A stretch of 47,750 nt of DNA, from sequence record PZ379542.1; one strand, written 5' to 3'. The stretch is from a phage. Of this stretch, positions 18,288 to 27,028 are shown one piece after another. The notes under the pieces are model-generated. The model worked only from the letters and a program-made list of their open reading frames with translations. It searched no databases and was not told the origin of the DNA. Position 1 is the stretch's first letter. Every line of letters begins with the position of its first letter. Made by a program: the position numbers and the translations under genes.

Positions 18288-18539
18288 ATGTTTGGATTAG
18301 ATTTCCAGCCAAAGCATTATGATTTAGTGCATGGTAGTAGCGGAGCCAGGTTTAGAGCGATACCTATTGATGACTGGTTTCCACCTGACTATGTGGATGT
18401 TAACGCGAAGACGAAGGACGGTAAATGGGTACAGATTTACTACTCTCCAGCGTGCGGTAATCTGTGCATGACAGACATGGACCAAAAATTAGCAATTAGT
18501 GCTGATTTGTTGGATTTCTGGTTAAAAGAGGTTGAATGA
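18288..18539 (+). CDS. hypothetical protein
   Basis: ORF 3 nt after previous stop. Confidence 0.5.
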   Translation: MFGLDFQPKHYDLVHGSSGARFRAIPIDDWFPPDYVDVNAKTKDGKWVQIYYSPACGNLCMTDMDQKLAISADLLDFWLKEVE

Positions 18540-18620
18540 GGTACGTAGCCCTAGTAGCATTAGCACCACTGGTTAGCTTTACTATCTTATATTTTATCGT
18601 GATGAACTAAGGACTTAAAA

Positions 18621-19757
18621 ATGGCAGCAGCAAAGATTACCAACGAGCAATTAATCGAAGAACTGAAAAACGGCCTTACTAACAAGGCGATTGCAGAGAA
18701 GTATGGTATGAACATTCGTAACGTTGAGATTCGTCGCAGTAAGTTGGCTAAGAGTGGCTTGTTCGGGCATGGTAACGAAGGCATTAAGAAGCTAGTACCG
18801 GACGGATACTTGGTAAAAGGCACTTCGACCATGATTGATGCGGATGGGAATGAGAAGCTGCGTTGGGTTAAGACTTCAATTGATAATGAGCGCCTTGAGA
18901 TTCTGCTTGAGCAAGCACGAGAGGCATTTTGTTCTGACTTACCAAAGGCAGTTGCCAGTGAGTGCCCAGACATTGATTTTGATGATGACACGATGGCTAT
19001 GTATCCGGTTTTCGACCTTCACATTGGCGCAATGGCTCATAAGCATGAGTGCGGTGAAAACTACGACACTGCAACAGCAGAGAAGGTAATGAATAGCTTC
19101 TTTGATTATGCTGTAGATAAGGCTCCTAAATCAATAAATGCGACATTAGTTTTGGGGGGTGATTTTCTGCATTACGACTCTCTAGAGGCTAAAACACCAG
19201 CATCAGGACATATCTTAGACAGCGACAGTCGCTATGCTAAATTGGTTTACGTAGCAATCCGCTCAGTGCGTCGTGCGGTTTCAAGGATGCTTGAGAAGCA
19301 CCAAATCATTGATATTAAAGTAATAAGTGGAAATCACGACGAAGCTGGGATGGTTTGGTTGCGTGCAGCATTGGCGGCATTCTATGAAGACGAGGAGCGA
19401 ATTACTGTCGACGTAAGCCCAGCAGCAATGCTGATGACAAGCTTCGGCTCAACATTGATTGGTTATACTCATGGTCACCAGATGCGAAAAGCTGAAACTC
19501 GACTTACAGTAATGGCTACAGACTTTCGTAAACTATTCGGTAACAGCGAATATGTCTATACACACTCGGGCCACTGGCATAGTCAGAAAATTACAGAAAC
19601 AAACCTGGGTATCGATGAAGTTCATGGTCAGCTTGGCGCGCCAGATGCCTATTCAGCTAATGGAGGATGGCGCTCAATGCGTCAAGCAGCGGTAATCGTT
19701 TACCATAAGCGTTTTGGTGAGGTTGGTCGATTTATTTGTCGCCCTGAGATGTTCTAA
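18621..19757 (+). CDS. calcineurin-like metallophosphoesterase with N-terminal HTH
   Basis: DLHIG, GGDF, GNHDE, GHWH phosphoesterase motifs; N-terminal LTNKAIAEKYGMNIRNVEIRRSKL HTH. Confidence 0.7.
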   Translation: MAAAKITNEQLIEELKNGLTNKAIAEKYGMNIRNVEIRRSKLAKSGLFGHGNEGIKKLVPDGYLVKGTSTMIDADGNEKLRWVKTSIDNERLEILLEQAREAFCSDLPKAVASECPDIDFDDDTMAMYPVFDLHIGAMAHKHECGENYDTATAEKVMNSFFDYAVDKAPKSINATLVLGGDFLHYDSLEAKTPASGHILDSDSRYAKLVYVAIRSVRRAVSRMLEKHQIIDIKVISGNHDEAGMVWLRAALAAFYEDEERITVDVSPAAMLMTSFGSTLIGYTHGHQMRKAETRLTVMATDFRKLFGNSEYVYTHSGHWHSQKITETNLGIDEVHGQLGAPDAYSANGGWRSMRQAAVIVYHKRFGEVGRFICRPEMF

Positions 19758-19802
19758 GTAGCACTTTTTGTTAATAAAGCCTCAAAGGATTGAGGCAAAA
19801 TG
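19757..19802 (+). promoter_or_regulatory. palindrome-containing promoter cassette (weaker -10)
   Basis: gtagcactttttgttaata; caaaat at -10 position. Confidence 0.45.
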
Positions 19803-19831
19803 AATAAACGATAACGAGATGAGGAGTTGTA

Positions 19832-20305
19832 ATGATTTACGTGTTTGATATTGATGGAACTATTGCTAACAATGAACATAGAAGCCACCTCTTACCATCT
19901 AGTGACCTTCACTTGACTTCAAGTTGGAGTGATTACAATAGAGCCTGTTCTGGAGATTCACCGATAATTCCAATGATAAACATGATGAATGCGTTAGCTG
20001 AGTTATCGCCAGTTTACATCATGACTTCAAGAAGTGACGAAGTCGAATGTATGACGCTTGAATGGCTTCAGTATAATAATATTAATTATGATGGAATATA
20101 TATGAGGAGTAGATTGGATAACAGAAATGACTATATCATTAAAGAGATGTGGCTAAATGATTTGTGTAATGGTGACAAAGCAAGTGTGATAATCTTTGAG
20201 GATAATCCTAATGTTATCAGTCACCTAAGGAATTGCGGATATACTGTAATGTCAGTTTGTGAATATAAAGAATTACCAAAAGACTGCGAATCTCACGGAG
20301 AATAA
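19832..20305 (+). CDS. HAD-superfamily phosphatase (nucleotidase-like)
   Basis: N-terminal FDIDGT motif I. Confidence 0.65.
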   Translation: MIYVFDIDGTIANNEHRSHLLPSSDLHLTSSWSDYNRACSGDSPIIPMINMMNALAELSPVYIMTSRSDEVECMTLEWLQYNNINYDGIYMRSRLDNRNDYIIKEMWLNDLCNGDKASVIIFEDNPNVISHLRNCGYTVMSVCEYKELPKDCESHGE

Positions 20306-20306
20306 A

Positions 20307-20861
20307 ATGAAAAAGTTAATCATCCTTAATGCACCCCCTGGTGCTGGAAAAGATACAGTTGCAGATATCATTGTTAATCTTGGAATTTGCAAGGATAAGG
20401 TTTCATTCAAGTCACCAATGTTTAATGTTGCAAAAGGAATACTATCAAGCGATGAGTTTGATGAATTTATTAAGAATTACGATGACCGAGAGTACAAAGA
20501 ATCACCACATGAATTTCTTGGTGGAATGACGGTTCGTGAATTTATGATTTGGATTAGTGAGTCAGTTATGAAGCCAGTCTTTGGTGATGATGTTTTCGGT
20601 AAAAGGCTAGCGCAATCACTTGGTGATGGTTGCTATATCTGTGCTGATGGTGGCTTCGCTAGCGAGATTAATACTCTCATTGATTCAGGGGTTGAAGTTA
20701 CTTTGATTAGACTTTTTAGGCCTGGCTATACTTTTGATGGAGATAGCCGCTCCTACATTCGCGGTGTCTGCGCAAGAGAAATTGACGTTCATGTTGTAGA
20801 TGGTGATATTGATGGAACCTCTGCTTTGGTAATGCACGTAATAAATAGCACGAATTGCTAA
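20307..20861 (+). CDS. P-loop deoxynucleoside monophosphate kinase-like protein
   Basis: LNAPPGAGKDT Walker A; RPG and DGD blocks resemble T4 gp1 as recalled; ATG 20307 one nt after previous stop; C-terminus NSTNC from the repeat motif. Confidence 0.65.
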   Translation: MKKLIILNAPPGAGKDTVADIIVNLGICKDKVSFKSPMFNVAKGILSSDEFDEFIKNYDDREYKESPHEFLGGMTVREFMIWISESVMKPVFGDDVFGKRLAQSLGDGCYICADGGFASEINTLIDSGVEVTLIRLFRPGYTFDGDSRSYIRGVCAREIDVHVVDGDIDGTSALVMHVINSTNC

Positions 20862-20889
20862 ACAATCGCCGGAGTAATCCGGCATAATT
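20844..20889 (+). promoter_or_regulatory. palindrome-containing promoter cassette
   Basis: aatagcacgaattgctaaa; cataat; ctacatcgaaaacaa leader. Confidence 0.6.
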
Positions 20890-20919
20890 ACTACATCGAA
20901 AACAACAGAGGATTCAAAA

Positions 20920-21093
20920 ATGACTAAATTATACTGCGTTAAAAACAACTCAAAGACACTGCCGTTCACCGAAAACCAGCCGTACAGCGCAGAGTCTCTA
21001 GGTGACGGTTACTACAAAGTTTACGGTGACGATATGACTCACATCCTTGCGCCGATTGATGGCTCTTTGGTGGAATTTATTATCGCAGATTAA
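20920..21093 (+). CDS. hypothetical small protein (57 aa)
   Basis: ATG with GAGGA RBS downstream of cassette; below ORF-track size cut-off. Confidence 0.45.
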   Translation: MTKLYCVKNNSKTLPFTENQPYSAESLGDGYYKVYGDDMTHILAPIDGSLVEFIIAD

Positions 21094-21118
21094 CACATCA
21101 AAAACATAGATTTGCATG

Positions 21119-21148
21119 CGGGGGGCCTTTTGGCTCCCCTTTTTTTTG
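21119..21148 (+). terminator. rho-independent terminator
   Basis: G-rich 8-bp stem gggggcc-tttt-ggctcccc followed by T8. Confidence 0.8.
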
Positions 21149-21156
21149 CTTATAAT
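21148..21156 (+). promoter_or_regulatory. extended -10 promoter (TGcTATAAT) for lysis cassette
   Basis: tgcttataat directly after the terminator. Confidence 0.5.
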
Positions 21157-21221
21157 TTGCCACCGCCTAATGTATGATATTTGCACTATGTATTGACAAA
21201 TTAGGATTTAAAGGTGATCAC

Positions 21222-21437
21222 ATGAGGGAAGTAATTAACGCCGCCACGGCATCAACCGGCGGAGCCGCTGTAACTGGTGCCGCAACTGGTCAAATGACTA
21301 TAGCAATAATCAGCCTTGTGGCTCTTGTTGTTTTCGGGCTGTGGGGAGCATATTGGAAGTTTAAGGACAGTCAGGCAATCAGGAAGGCTCTAGAGTCGGG
21401 TGATTTAAAGACAGCTATCAATATTAGGAGTAAGTAA
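21222..21437 (+). CDS. holin (pinholin-like, two predicted TMDs)
   Basis: Gly/Ala-rich TMD1 and hydrophobic TMD2 MTIAIISLVALVVFGLWGAYW; basic C-terminus; immediately upstream of endolysin; AAAGGTGA RBS. Confidence 0.65.
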   Translation: MREVINAATASTGGAAVTGAATGQMTIAIISLVALVVFGLWGAYWKFKDSQAIRKALESGDLKTAINIRSK

Positions 21438-21922
21438 TGAAGCAGAAGCTGGTAATTAGTGCAGCGACGGCTGTGGCAATATACATCGCAGCGCCGATTA
21501 TTGAGCTAGTAGAAGGTGTGGAATACAAGCCTTACATGGACATTGCAGGCATTCCTACGGTTTGTTCAGGTATCACTGGTCCTGATGTGGTGTGGGGTAA
21601 AAAGTACAGTGCAAGGGAGTGCAGGAACTTACTGGAGAAACACATCCAGATTCATGGAAAGTATGTGCAGGATGCAGTAACTTACCCAATCTCTCCACAG
21701 ACAAGGGCGGCGTTAATCAGCTTTAGCTACAACGTTGGTGGCGCTGCAATGAGGAAGTCAACGGCAGTAAGGCTGATTAATCAGGGCAAGATTGAAGAGG
21801 GTTGTAATGCTCTCGCCTCCTGGAATAAAGCTCGAGTAAATGGCAAGCTAAAAGTTGTTAAAGGCCTCGTTAACAGGCGCAACGAGGAGATTAAATTATG
21901 CTTAAGTGGGGTGGGTAAATGA
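21437..21922 (+). CDS. SAR-endolysin (lysozyme, P21 R21-like)
   Basis: N-terminal signal-anchor-release segment; EGVEYKPYMDIAGIPTVCSG catalytic E-x8-D-x5-T; FSYNVGGAA block. Confidence 0.85.
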   Translation: MKQKLVISAATAVAIYIAAPIIELVEGVEYKPYMDIAGIPTVCSGITGPDVVWGKKYSARECRNLLEKHIQIHGKYVQDAVTYPISPQTRAALISFSYNVGGAAMRKSTAVRLINQGKIEEGCNALASWNKARVNGKLKVVKGLVNRRNEEIKLCLSGVGK

Positions 21923-22305
21923 AGGCTGCGTTAATTGCTGCGGTAATTATACTTTCTGGTTGCTCGGCAACATCTGCGCTGACCGGGTTGATTGGTAGTA
22001 AGCCAGAGATTAGCGCTCAAGCAGGTGCGGAGAATAACAAGGTTGGAGTAGGGCTAACTAATAAGGTTGATTCAAGTTCCAGCGCAAAGGCTGAAGTGAA
22101 GAACTCTAAGGTTGACACTCTTGATAGTTCAAGCGGTAAAAAGACTTCTGATAACTCAATCAAGGCATCAACAATCACGGCTGAGAAGATTGAAATCACC
22201 AACAATGATTCGTCTGCAATCCCGTGGATTGGGAGTGGAATCATGTTTTGCGTCATCATCATTCTGCTCTTAATGATATTCAGGAAAAACAAAAAAGCCC
22301 CGTAA
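21919..22305 (+). CDS. unimolecular spanin (u-spanin)
   Basis: Lipoprotein signal IILSGC plus C-terminal TMD IMFCVIIILLLMIF; directly after endolysin as in phage T1. Confidence 0.75.
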   Translation: MKAALIAAVIILSGCSATSALTGLIGSKPEISAQAGAENNKVGVGLTNKVDSSSSAKAEVKNSKVDTLDSSSGKKTSDNSIKASTITAEKIEITNNDSSAIPWIGSGIMFCVIIILLLMIFRKNKKAP

Positions 22306-22319
22306 TGGGGCTATTTTTA
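22291..22319. terminator. bidirectional terminator
   Basis: gcccc-gtaat-ggggc hairpin flanked by A-tract and T-tract between convergent genes. Confidence 0.7.
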
Positions 22320-22652
22320 TGCAAACAATTCGTCATCACTCATGTTGGATATGTTCATCATCTCACTGATGTAGTCACTGGACCTACCTTCAAAACTCAT
22401 GAATTCAAACTGGAATGGTCGCTTGCTAGAGTCTTTGGACCAGTACACCCCATTAACTCCATCAAGATAACCAGCAGTTAGCATTCTCGCCATAAACTCC
22501 TTCGAGCAGCTTGATGCAAAATACCTTTCATCAACACCAGCAGCTTTGGCCATCCTTGCACAATCCTTGTGCTTGTAGATGAATCTTGCCAGATGTTGGC
22601 GGTTGAAGTTTTTATATCCTTCGCAGAAATTGTACAGGTCGAGCAGATACAT
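22317..22652 (-). CDS. hypothetical protein
   Basis: 111-aa ORF at the end of the leftward operon. Confidence 0.55.
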   Translation of the reverse strand: MYLLDLYNFCEGYKNFNRQHLARFIYKHKDCARMAKAAGVDERYFASSCSKEFMARMLTAGYLDGVNGVYWSKDSSKRPFQFEFMSFEGRSSDYISEMMNISNMSDDELFA

Positions 22653-22655
22653 AGC

Positions 22656-24239
22656 TTACCCCAGCAGTCGCGGATTAATGTAAATTTTATCACCAATCAG
22701 GCACGTGTAGTTTTTCTCGTCAAGCATAGGAATTAAATGGTCCTTGATACGAGTCATTACACCCGCCTGAGCTTCAAAAGGTTTAACCTTGCGAGCAGCT
22801 TCATACAATGAGCGAACACCAACAACACCTTTCCCATTCTTACCCTGCTTAATCAGGATATCAACCAGCTTATTCATCTCGGCATTGTCACCAGCATGAC
22901 CAGCGGCACTAGCAGATGACAAATAAGTCTTGCTCAGTTCGTTAAAAATCATAACCGCTTCCTGCATCGTATCAAGTTCAATCTCTCTTGATTTCTTCGG
23001 ACTTGAACCATCTGGCGCGAACCAGTTACGAATAACGTGCAGGACAGAAGCTATACGTATTGCTTGCTTATCAAATTTACCCAGCGCACCGCGTAACATT
23101 GTGTGGGAGTACTTCCCGCCATCACCAAGATGCGGCTCCATCTCCTGACGTGATCGGTTAAGGTAACGCATTGATGATGCGCTTACTGTTAGCTTAACCT
23201 CTACTTCATTCATAATCTCATGAACAAGACGGAAATAGTCTGCTTTCAGGCCGCCATCAATAGCCTCATAGGTTGAATCACCATTTTCATCAACAAATAC
23301 ACGGTCGCCAAGAAATGATTTTTCACGCACCAGAAGGAAACGCTCAGATACACCAATACCACGCGCACCAGCATTCATAATGGCATTGATTGTTTCATCC
23401 TGAGCAATTACGGAGATGCATCCCATAGCCACAAAGCTCATGTTATTTTCTGCGTTCGCACGGGCAATTGACACATTACCTGCATCCCATGCTTTCAGCA
23501 CGAGCTCGCTGTTCGTTTTCTTAGAGCCATCACCATATGTCATACCCAACAATGAGTTGACGCTAGTTGCCTCATCAGATATTACCGCAAAGTTACCCTG
23601 GCGGTTGTTGATTCGCGCAAGGCCTTCAGGTGTGGTATCGGAGACTGGAAATACGATATCGCATAGTTTCTCAAGTTTTTCCTCTAAATCCTCTTTTTCC
23701 TCAAATAGTGAAGCCATTTCAGAAGGTGATTTCTCCTGCTTCATCTCTTTAGCCAGAGCGGACAGTTTAGCCATAATCTTTTTTCGATCACGTTTACGTA
23801 CTTCATTCAACCGCTCAGTCTCAGCAATCATCGGCGCAATTGATAGCGAGTTAATGGCTGATTTACCAGTTGAAGGCGGCTGACTTGTTACCACGTACAA
23901 AGATGTTGGCTGTTGGGTTCCATGATACTCGACAGTAAAACGCCCAAGCATTGCAGCAGAAACACAACCAAGAAAGTGCATGTAAGCTGACGACTCAGGG
24001 AACTGAACCGAGCGAGCGATATTAGCCGATAGCTTACCAACAACATCAATATCATTACCGAGTGAGATTACTGGATACTTATCATTACCTGTATCAATCT
24101 CGACAGGTGCTTTCCAGAACGATTGAGACTGTCGATAGCCATTGGCATTAATAGCCACGCGAAGCGGTGGTAGGTTGTCATTGGCAGCGATTGCCATAAC
24201 TTGCTCAACAGATAGTTTATCTTCATTGAAATAAAACAT
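22656..24239 (-). CDS. putative replication-associated P-loop protein (function uncertain)
   Basis: Large ORF; ATG 24239 with GGAGAG RBS; P-loop-like SQPPSTGKSAIN; promoter cassette upstream. Confidence 0.6.
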   Translation of the reverse strand: MFYFNEDKLSVEQVMAIAANDNLPPLRVAINANGYRQSQSFWKAPVEIDTGNDKYPVISLGNDIDVVGKLSANIARSVQFPESSAYMHFLGCVSAAMLGRFTVEYHGTQQPTSLYVVTSQPPSTGKSAINSLSIAPMIAETERLNEVRKRDRKKIMAKLSALAKEMKQEKSPSEMASLFEEKEDLEEKLEKLCDIVFPVSDTTPEGLARINNRQGNFAVISDEATSVNSLLGMTYGDGSKKTNSELVLKAWDAGNVSIARANAENNMSFVAMGCISVIAQDETINAIMNAGARGIGVSERFLLVREKSFLGDRVFVDENGDSTYEAIDGGLKADYFRLVHEIMNEVEVKLTVSASSMRYLNRSRQEMEPHLGDGGKYSHTMLRGALGKFDKQAIRIASVLHVIRNWFAPDGSSPKKSREIELDTMQEAVMIFNELSKTYLSSASAAGHAGDNAEMNKLVDILIKQGKNGKGVVGVRSLYEAARKVKPFEAQAGVMTRIKDHLIPMLDEKNYTCLIGDKIYINPRLLG

Positions 24240-24268
24240 TACTTCTCTCCGCATTGTTTCTGAGCGGC

Positions 24269-24314
24269 CATTATATCAACGACCGCTTATAATTCATTAT
24301 CAATTTGTGCTATT
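24269..24314 (-). promoter_or_regulatory. palindrome-containing promoter cassette
   Basis: Minus-strand aaatagcacaaattgataa; ttgatataat extended -10 (perfect TATAAT). Confidence 0.65.
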
Positions 24315-24470
24315 TAGTAAGATGCAATCTATCTTGTAGTAGTCAAAGTGATTTTCTGAAGATATTTCTTTGTTATATTTAAACTCCTGTGCTTTGAATT
24401 CTTCATCGAAAGCGGCAATCACTTCGCTTCCATCATAGTGTGTGCAACCACTTACAATGTATAATTTCAT
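24300..24470 (-). CDS. hypothetical small protein (56 aa), C-terminus NSTN from repeat motif
   Basis: ATG 24470; stop TGA lies inside the cassette motif. Confidence 0.4.
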   Translation of the reverse strand: MKLYIVSGCTHYDGSEVIAAFDEEFKAQEFKYNKEISSENHFDYYKIDCILLNSTN

Positions 24471-24856
24471 TTGTATTGAGCCTCAAAGTGGTAAGTTTCA
24501 CACAACGTATAAAAGCCAACATCTTCGCTACGATATAGCTGCCAGGCGTTGCCATCTTCATCGTAAATGTATCCAGCTGACTGACCAAGTCCGCTATGCA
24601 TGTTGACCTGGTATCGCTTACCTTCTTTGAAGTCTTTCTTAACGCCAGACTTATGGTTAACCTTTGTGCAGTAAAGAGTTTTGGTTTTAATGTATTTTCC
24701 ACGTTCTTCCAGGTTGATCCATTTGCCGTCTTTTTTGATTTGCTCAAATTCAACTTCCTCAGCGACACCGTTAACCCACTGGTGAATCTTTTTAACGCGA
24801 GCTTTAAATAGCTTGTTGTCGTTGCTAATGAAATTTTTGGTTATCGTAGTAGTCAT
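24467..24856 (-). CDS. hypothetical protein
   Basis: 129-aa ORF, translationally coupled. Confidence 0.55.
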   Translation of the reverse strand: MTTTITKNFISNDNKLFKARVKKIHQWVNGVAEEVEFEQIKKDGKWINLEERGKYIKTKTLYCTKVNHKSGVKKDFKEGKRYQVNMHSGLGQSAGYIYDEDGNAWQLYRSEDVGFYTLCETYHFEAQYK

Positions 24857-25017
24857 TATTTTAATCTCTTAGTTGTCCACATGAATTTGTTTGGTACTGA
24901 TTTGCGCACAATACGCACAACAATCTTATCAAACTTCTGAACTAAACCGTAAATCTTACCATCTATCGACGCCCTGAGAACCGCCTCTTCCATCGCGTCA
25001 TAAAAGTTGTCGAACAT
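24856..25017 (-). CDS. hypothetical small protein
   Basis: Start placed at internal ATG (MFDNFYDAMEE) downstream of cassette TSS; track ORF 24856-25083 would start inside the promoter. Confidence 0.45.
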   Translation of the reverse strand: MFDNFYDAMEEAVLRASIDGKIYGLVQKFDKIVVRIVRKSVPNKFMWTTKRLK

Positions 25018-25048
25018 GATCTCTTGCTCTATTTCGTTTCGATGGAGT

Positions 25049-25094
25049 AAATATACGCCATCCGTGGCGGTGAGTTTTAGCAATTAGTGCTATT
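25049..25094 (-). promoter_or_regulatory. palindrome-containing promoter cassette
   Basis: Minus-strand aaatagcactaattgctaaaa; ccacggatggcgtatattt; tccatcgaaacga leader. Confidence 0.6.
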
Positions 25095-25241
25095 TCTTCT
25101 GGCCTTCTCAATTGCCTTCAACATAATCTCGTGAGACTCAAGCAGGTCCTCGTTAAACCAGTCCCCGCAAGGCCAACCCTTTCCGCTGTAAGCACTAATT
25201 ATTTCCAGATCGAAATAGTTTATCTCAGATGGTAAAAGCAT
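25077..25241 (-). CDS. hypothetical small protein (54 aa), C-terminus NSTNC
   Basis: ATG 25241; last codons AAT AGC ACT AAT TGC TAA are the repeat motif. Confidence 0.45.
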   Translation of the reverse strand: MLLPSEINYFDLEIISAYSGKGWPCGDWFNEDLLESHEIMLKAIEKARRNSTNC

Positions 25242-25444
25242 TATTCAATCACCTTAAAAGTTGCGATGCCGTGGATGATTACGTAATCAAGGCATTTAAG
25301 CGCCTGGAACGTGTCGTGATGCTTGTGTGGACGTTCGCCGGTAACAAGGCACATATCATTTTTAAACTCGGTAGCGTTGTATTCAGAGCCCTTATTGAAG
25401 GCGTCGTTAAAGTCTTTAATTATGTTAGTGCAAAGAAGTTTCAT
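25241..25444 (-). CDS. hypothetical protein
   Basis: 67-aa ORF in leftward operon. Confidence 0.5.
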   Translation of the reverse strand: MKLLCTNIIKDFNDAFNKGSEYNATEFKNDMCLVTGERPHKHHDTFQALKCLDYVIIHGIATFKVIE

Positions 25445-25445
25445 G

Positions 25446-25637
25446 TTAATCCTCTAAAATTTCAAAAATCAATCGACGCTTAACAGCGGCAATAACAAGG
25501 CCATTTTCAATGTAGCAGTAAACTGGCTTGAAGTTATCACCAACTACGTAACCATAAATTTCATCATAACTGTAATGCTTTCAACTACTGAATTCCCAGG
25601 TTCCATCATTAAGATTATTTAAGCACTTAACTTTCAT
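25446..25637 (-). CDS. hypothetical protein with in-frame TGA (possible readthrough or pseudogene)
   Basis: AAGGAG RBS, ATG 25637, in-frame TGA at 25581-25583 after 18 codons, frame stays open 44 more codons to TAA 25446. Confidence 0.35.
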
Positions 25638-25648
25638 TATTCGGCTCC

Positions 25649-25834
25649 TTACCAGGGTAAACATTCGTCGCAGCCGAGGCCATCGCAGCACAGATATTCA
25701 TCATCTGACTGGAATTGCTTAGCAAGGTCGATATCGATGCGTCCGCGTAAAACCATATCAGTATAGTCACTATTCAATCCAATCAGCGCACATTCCTGCT
25801 TTAATTGCTCAAATGCTTCGTCTTTAAGTTTCAT
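25649..25834 (-). CDS. hypothetical protein (Cys-rich C-terminus)
   Basis: First gene of leftward operon; GAGGAG RBS; C-terminal CCDGLGCDEC. Confidence 0.5.
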   Translation of the reverse strand: MKLKDEAFEQLKQECALIGLNSDYTDMVLRGRIDIDLAKQFQSDDEYLCCDGLGCDECLPW

Positions 25835-25861
25835 ATCTATCTCCTCGTTGTTGATGGATTC

Positions 25862-25907
25862 ATTATGGTATCGTCGCCAGTTTTTGTCATTAGCAAAAAG
25901 TGCTATT
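25862..25907 (-). promoter_or_regulatory. palindrome-containing promoter cassette (leftward early/middle promoter)
   Basis: Minus-strand gaatagcactttttgctaa; cataat; tccatcaacaacga leader. Confidence 0.6.
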
Positions 25908-25920
25908 CGTTGGATTTATA

Positions 25921-26026
25921 GATTGTTGCAGCTATTGCAATGATTATCATGATTATTGCACATATAGCAATATTGCATGGAATGCAATGATGTTTTTGAT
26001 TGTTGCATAATTTGCAATGATTGATG
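25921..26026. repeat. iteron-like array of TTGCA(AT) repeats incl. palindrome ATTGCAAT
   Basis: Seven TTGCA cores at 25925, 25935, 25956, 25973, 25983, 26003, 26013; TGCAATGAT x3; GATTGTTGCA x2. Confidence 0.7.
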
Positions 26027-26177
26027 TGGGGTGAATGAATGGTGGATGAACTACCATACAAGTTGATTTTGATTCTTGCTGAGCCAATTTGGATATACAC
26101 GTTATCGAAGTTATGGTGTGTATATGAGGTGCGCTTCCGAAGAATCATACACGCCTACCACGCGAGATTACGCAATG

Positions 26178-26242
26178 GTTACATAATAATATCTATATAT
26201 ATCAACCTTTTACTATATTATTATTATTATTATATATATGTA
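26178..26242. repeat. AT-rich conserved block, copy 2
   Basis: Near-identical to 6905-6967. Confidence 0.85.
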
Positions 26243-26506
26243 TGTATATGGTGTAGATTGGTCGTATGGATGGGTCGATAGTTTTTCTATGAAAACTACT
26301 AATTTTATCTATATAGATACATATGCATACCCCCGGCGAATCCGCGTAAAATCTTACACAGGGTAATTACACCGGCTATAGCTTGGCTGAGAGGTCAAAA
26401 AGCGTAACCAATGCAGATATAAACACAACATAACACTTGATAACGCGTATATTCATGATACCATGGTTTCATCTTAACGAAGAGCAACCAATCAGGAGTA
26501 ACGAAT

Positions 26507-27028
26507 ATGTCAGAACATAAAGAAGCAGTAAGTTTGGGTGAAATCATTCGATACATGGCGAGTCAGGCGCTAAAGTCAGAAGACAAAGTGTGCACAGTCC
26601 CTGTGACCATGATTGCTCGTCAATACTTCGGCATGAGTCGTGAGACGTTCGTATCGCTAAGTGGTGAGGAGGTTCTACCTGGTGGTGAATACCACATGCC
26701 AAAACTAAAATCGTCATACGTTTCAAACACCGTAAGCCGAATGCCTGAGATTAAGGCGGCTGACGTGCGCTCAAGGTTCTCACTTAGTTTTACCGACTTT
26801 GAGGGCGAGAGTGAGACATACTGCGCATCACTTAGCCTGGTTCCTGGCGCTGTAAAATCCGGCTCAAGAAGCAAAGCAGAGCAAGAGAAGGAGGCGGCTA
26901 CCATTGAAAGGTTCAAGGCTCGATTGTTGAAACTATCACCAAGCGTCGCTGGTCTTGAAGGTGATGAACTTAAGGGTGCAGTATCAATGATTAACGCATA
27001 CCAGGAAATGATTAAGGAGACTAAATAG
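26507..27028 (+). CDS. hypothetical early protein
   Basis: 173 aa; AGGAG RBS; first gene of rightward early operon. Confidence 0.6.
   Translation: MSEHKEAVSLGEIIRYMASQALKSEDKVCTVPVTMIARQYFGMSRETFVSLSGEEVLPGGEYHMPKLKSSYVSNTVSRMPEIKAADVRSRFSLSFTDFEGESETYCASLSLVPGAVKSGSRSKAEQEKEAATIERFKARLLKLSPSVAGLEGDELKGAVSMINAYQEMIKETK

Noticed and set aside
25903-26148. Minus-strand ORF (81 aa) over the TTGCAAT iteron array
   Set aside because: Cys/Ile/His-rich translation of a repetitive regulatory array; lies upstream of the leftward promoter, with no RBS context.
25900-26300. Possible CRISPR array suggested by repeated short motifs
   Set aside because: Repeats are short (5-12 bp), irregularly spaced and lack uniform spacers; no cas genes anywhere in the window.
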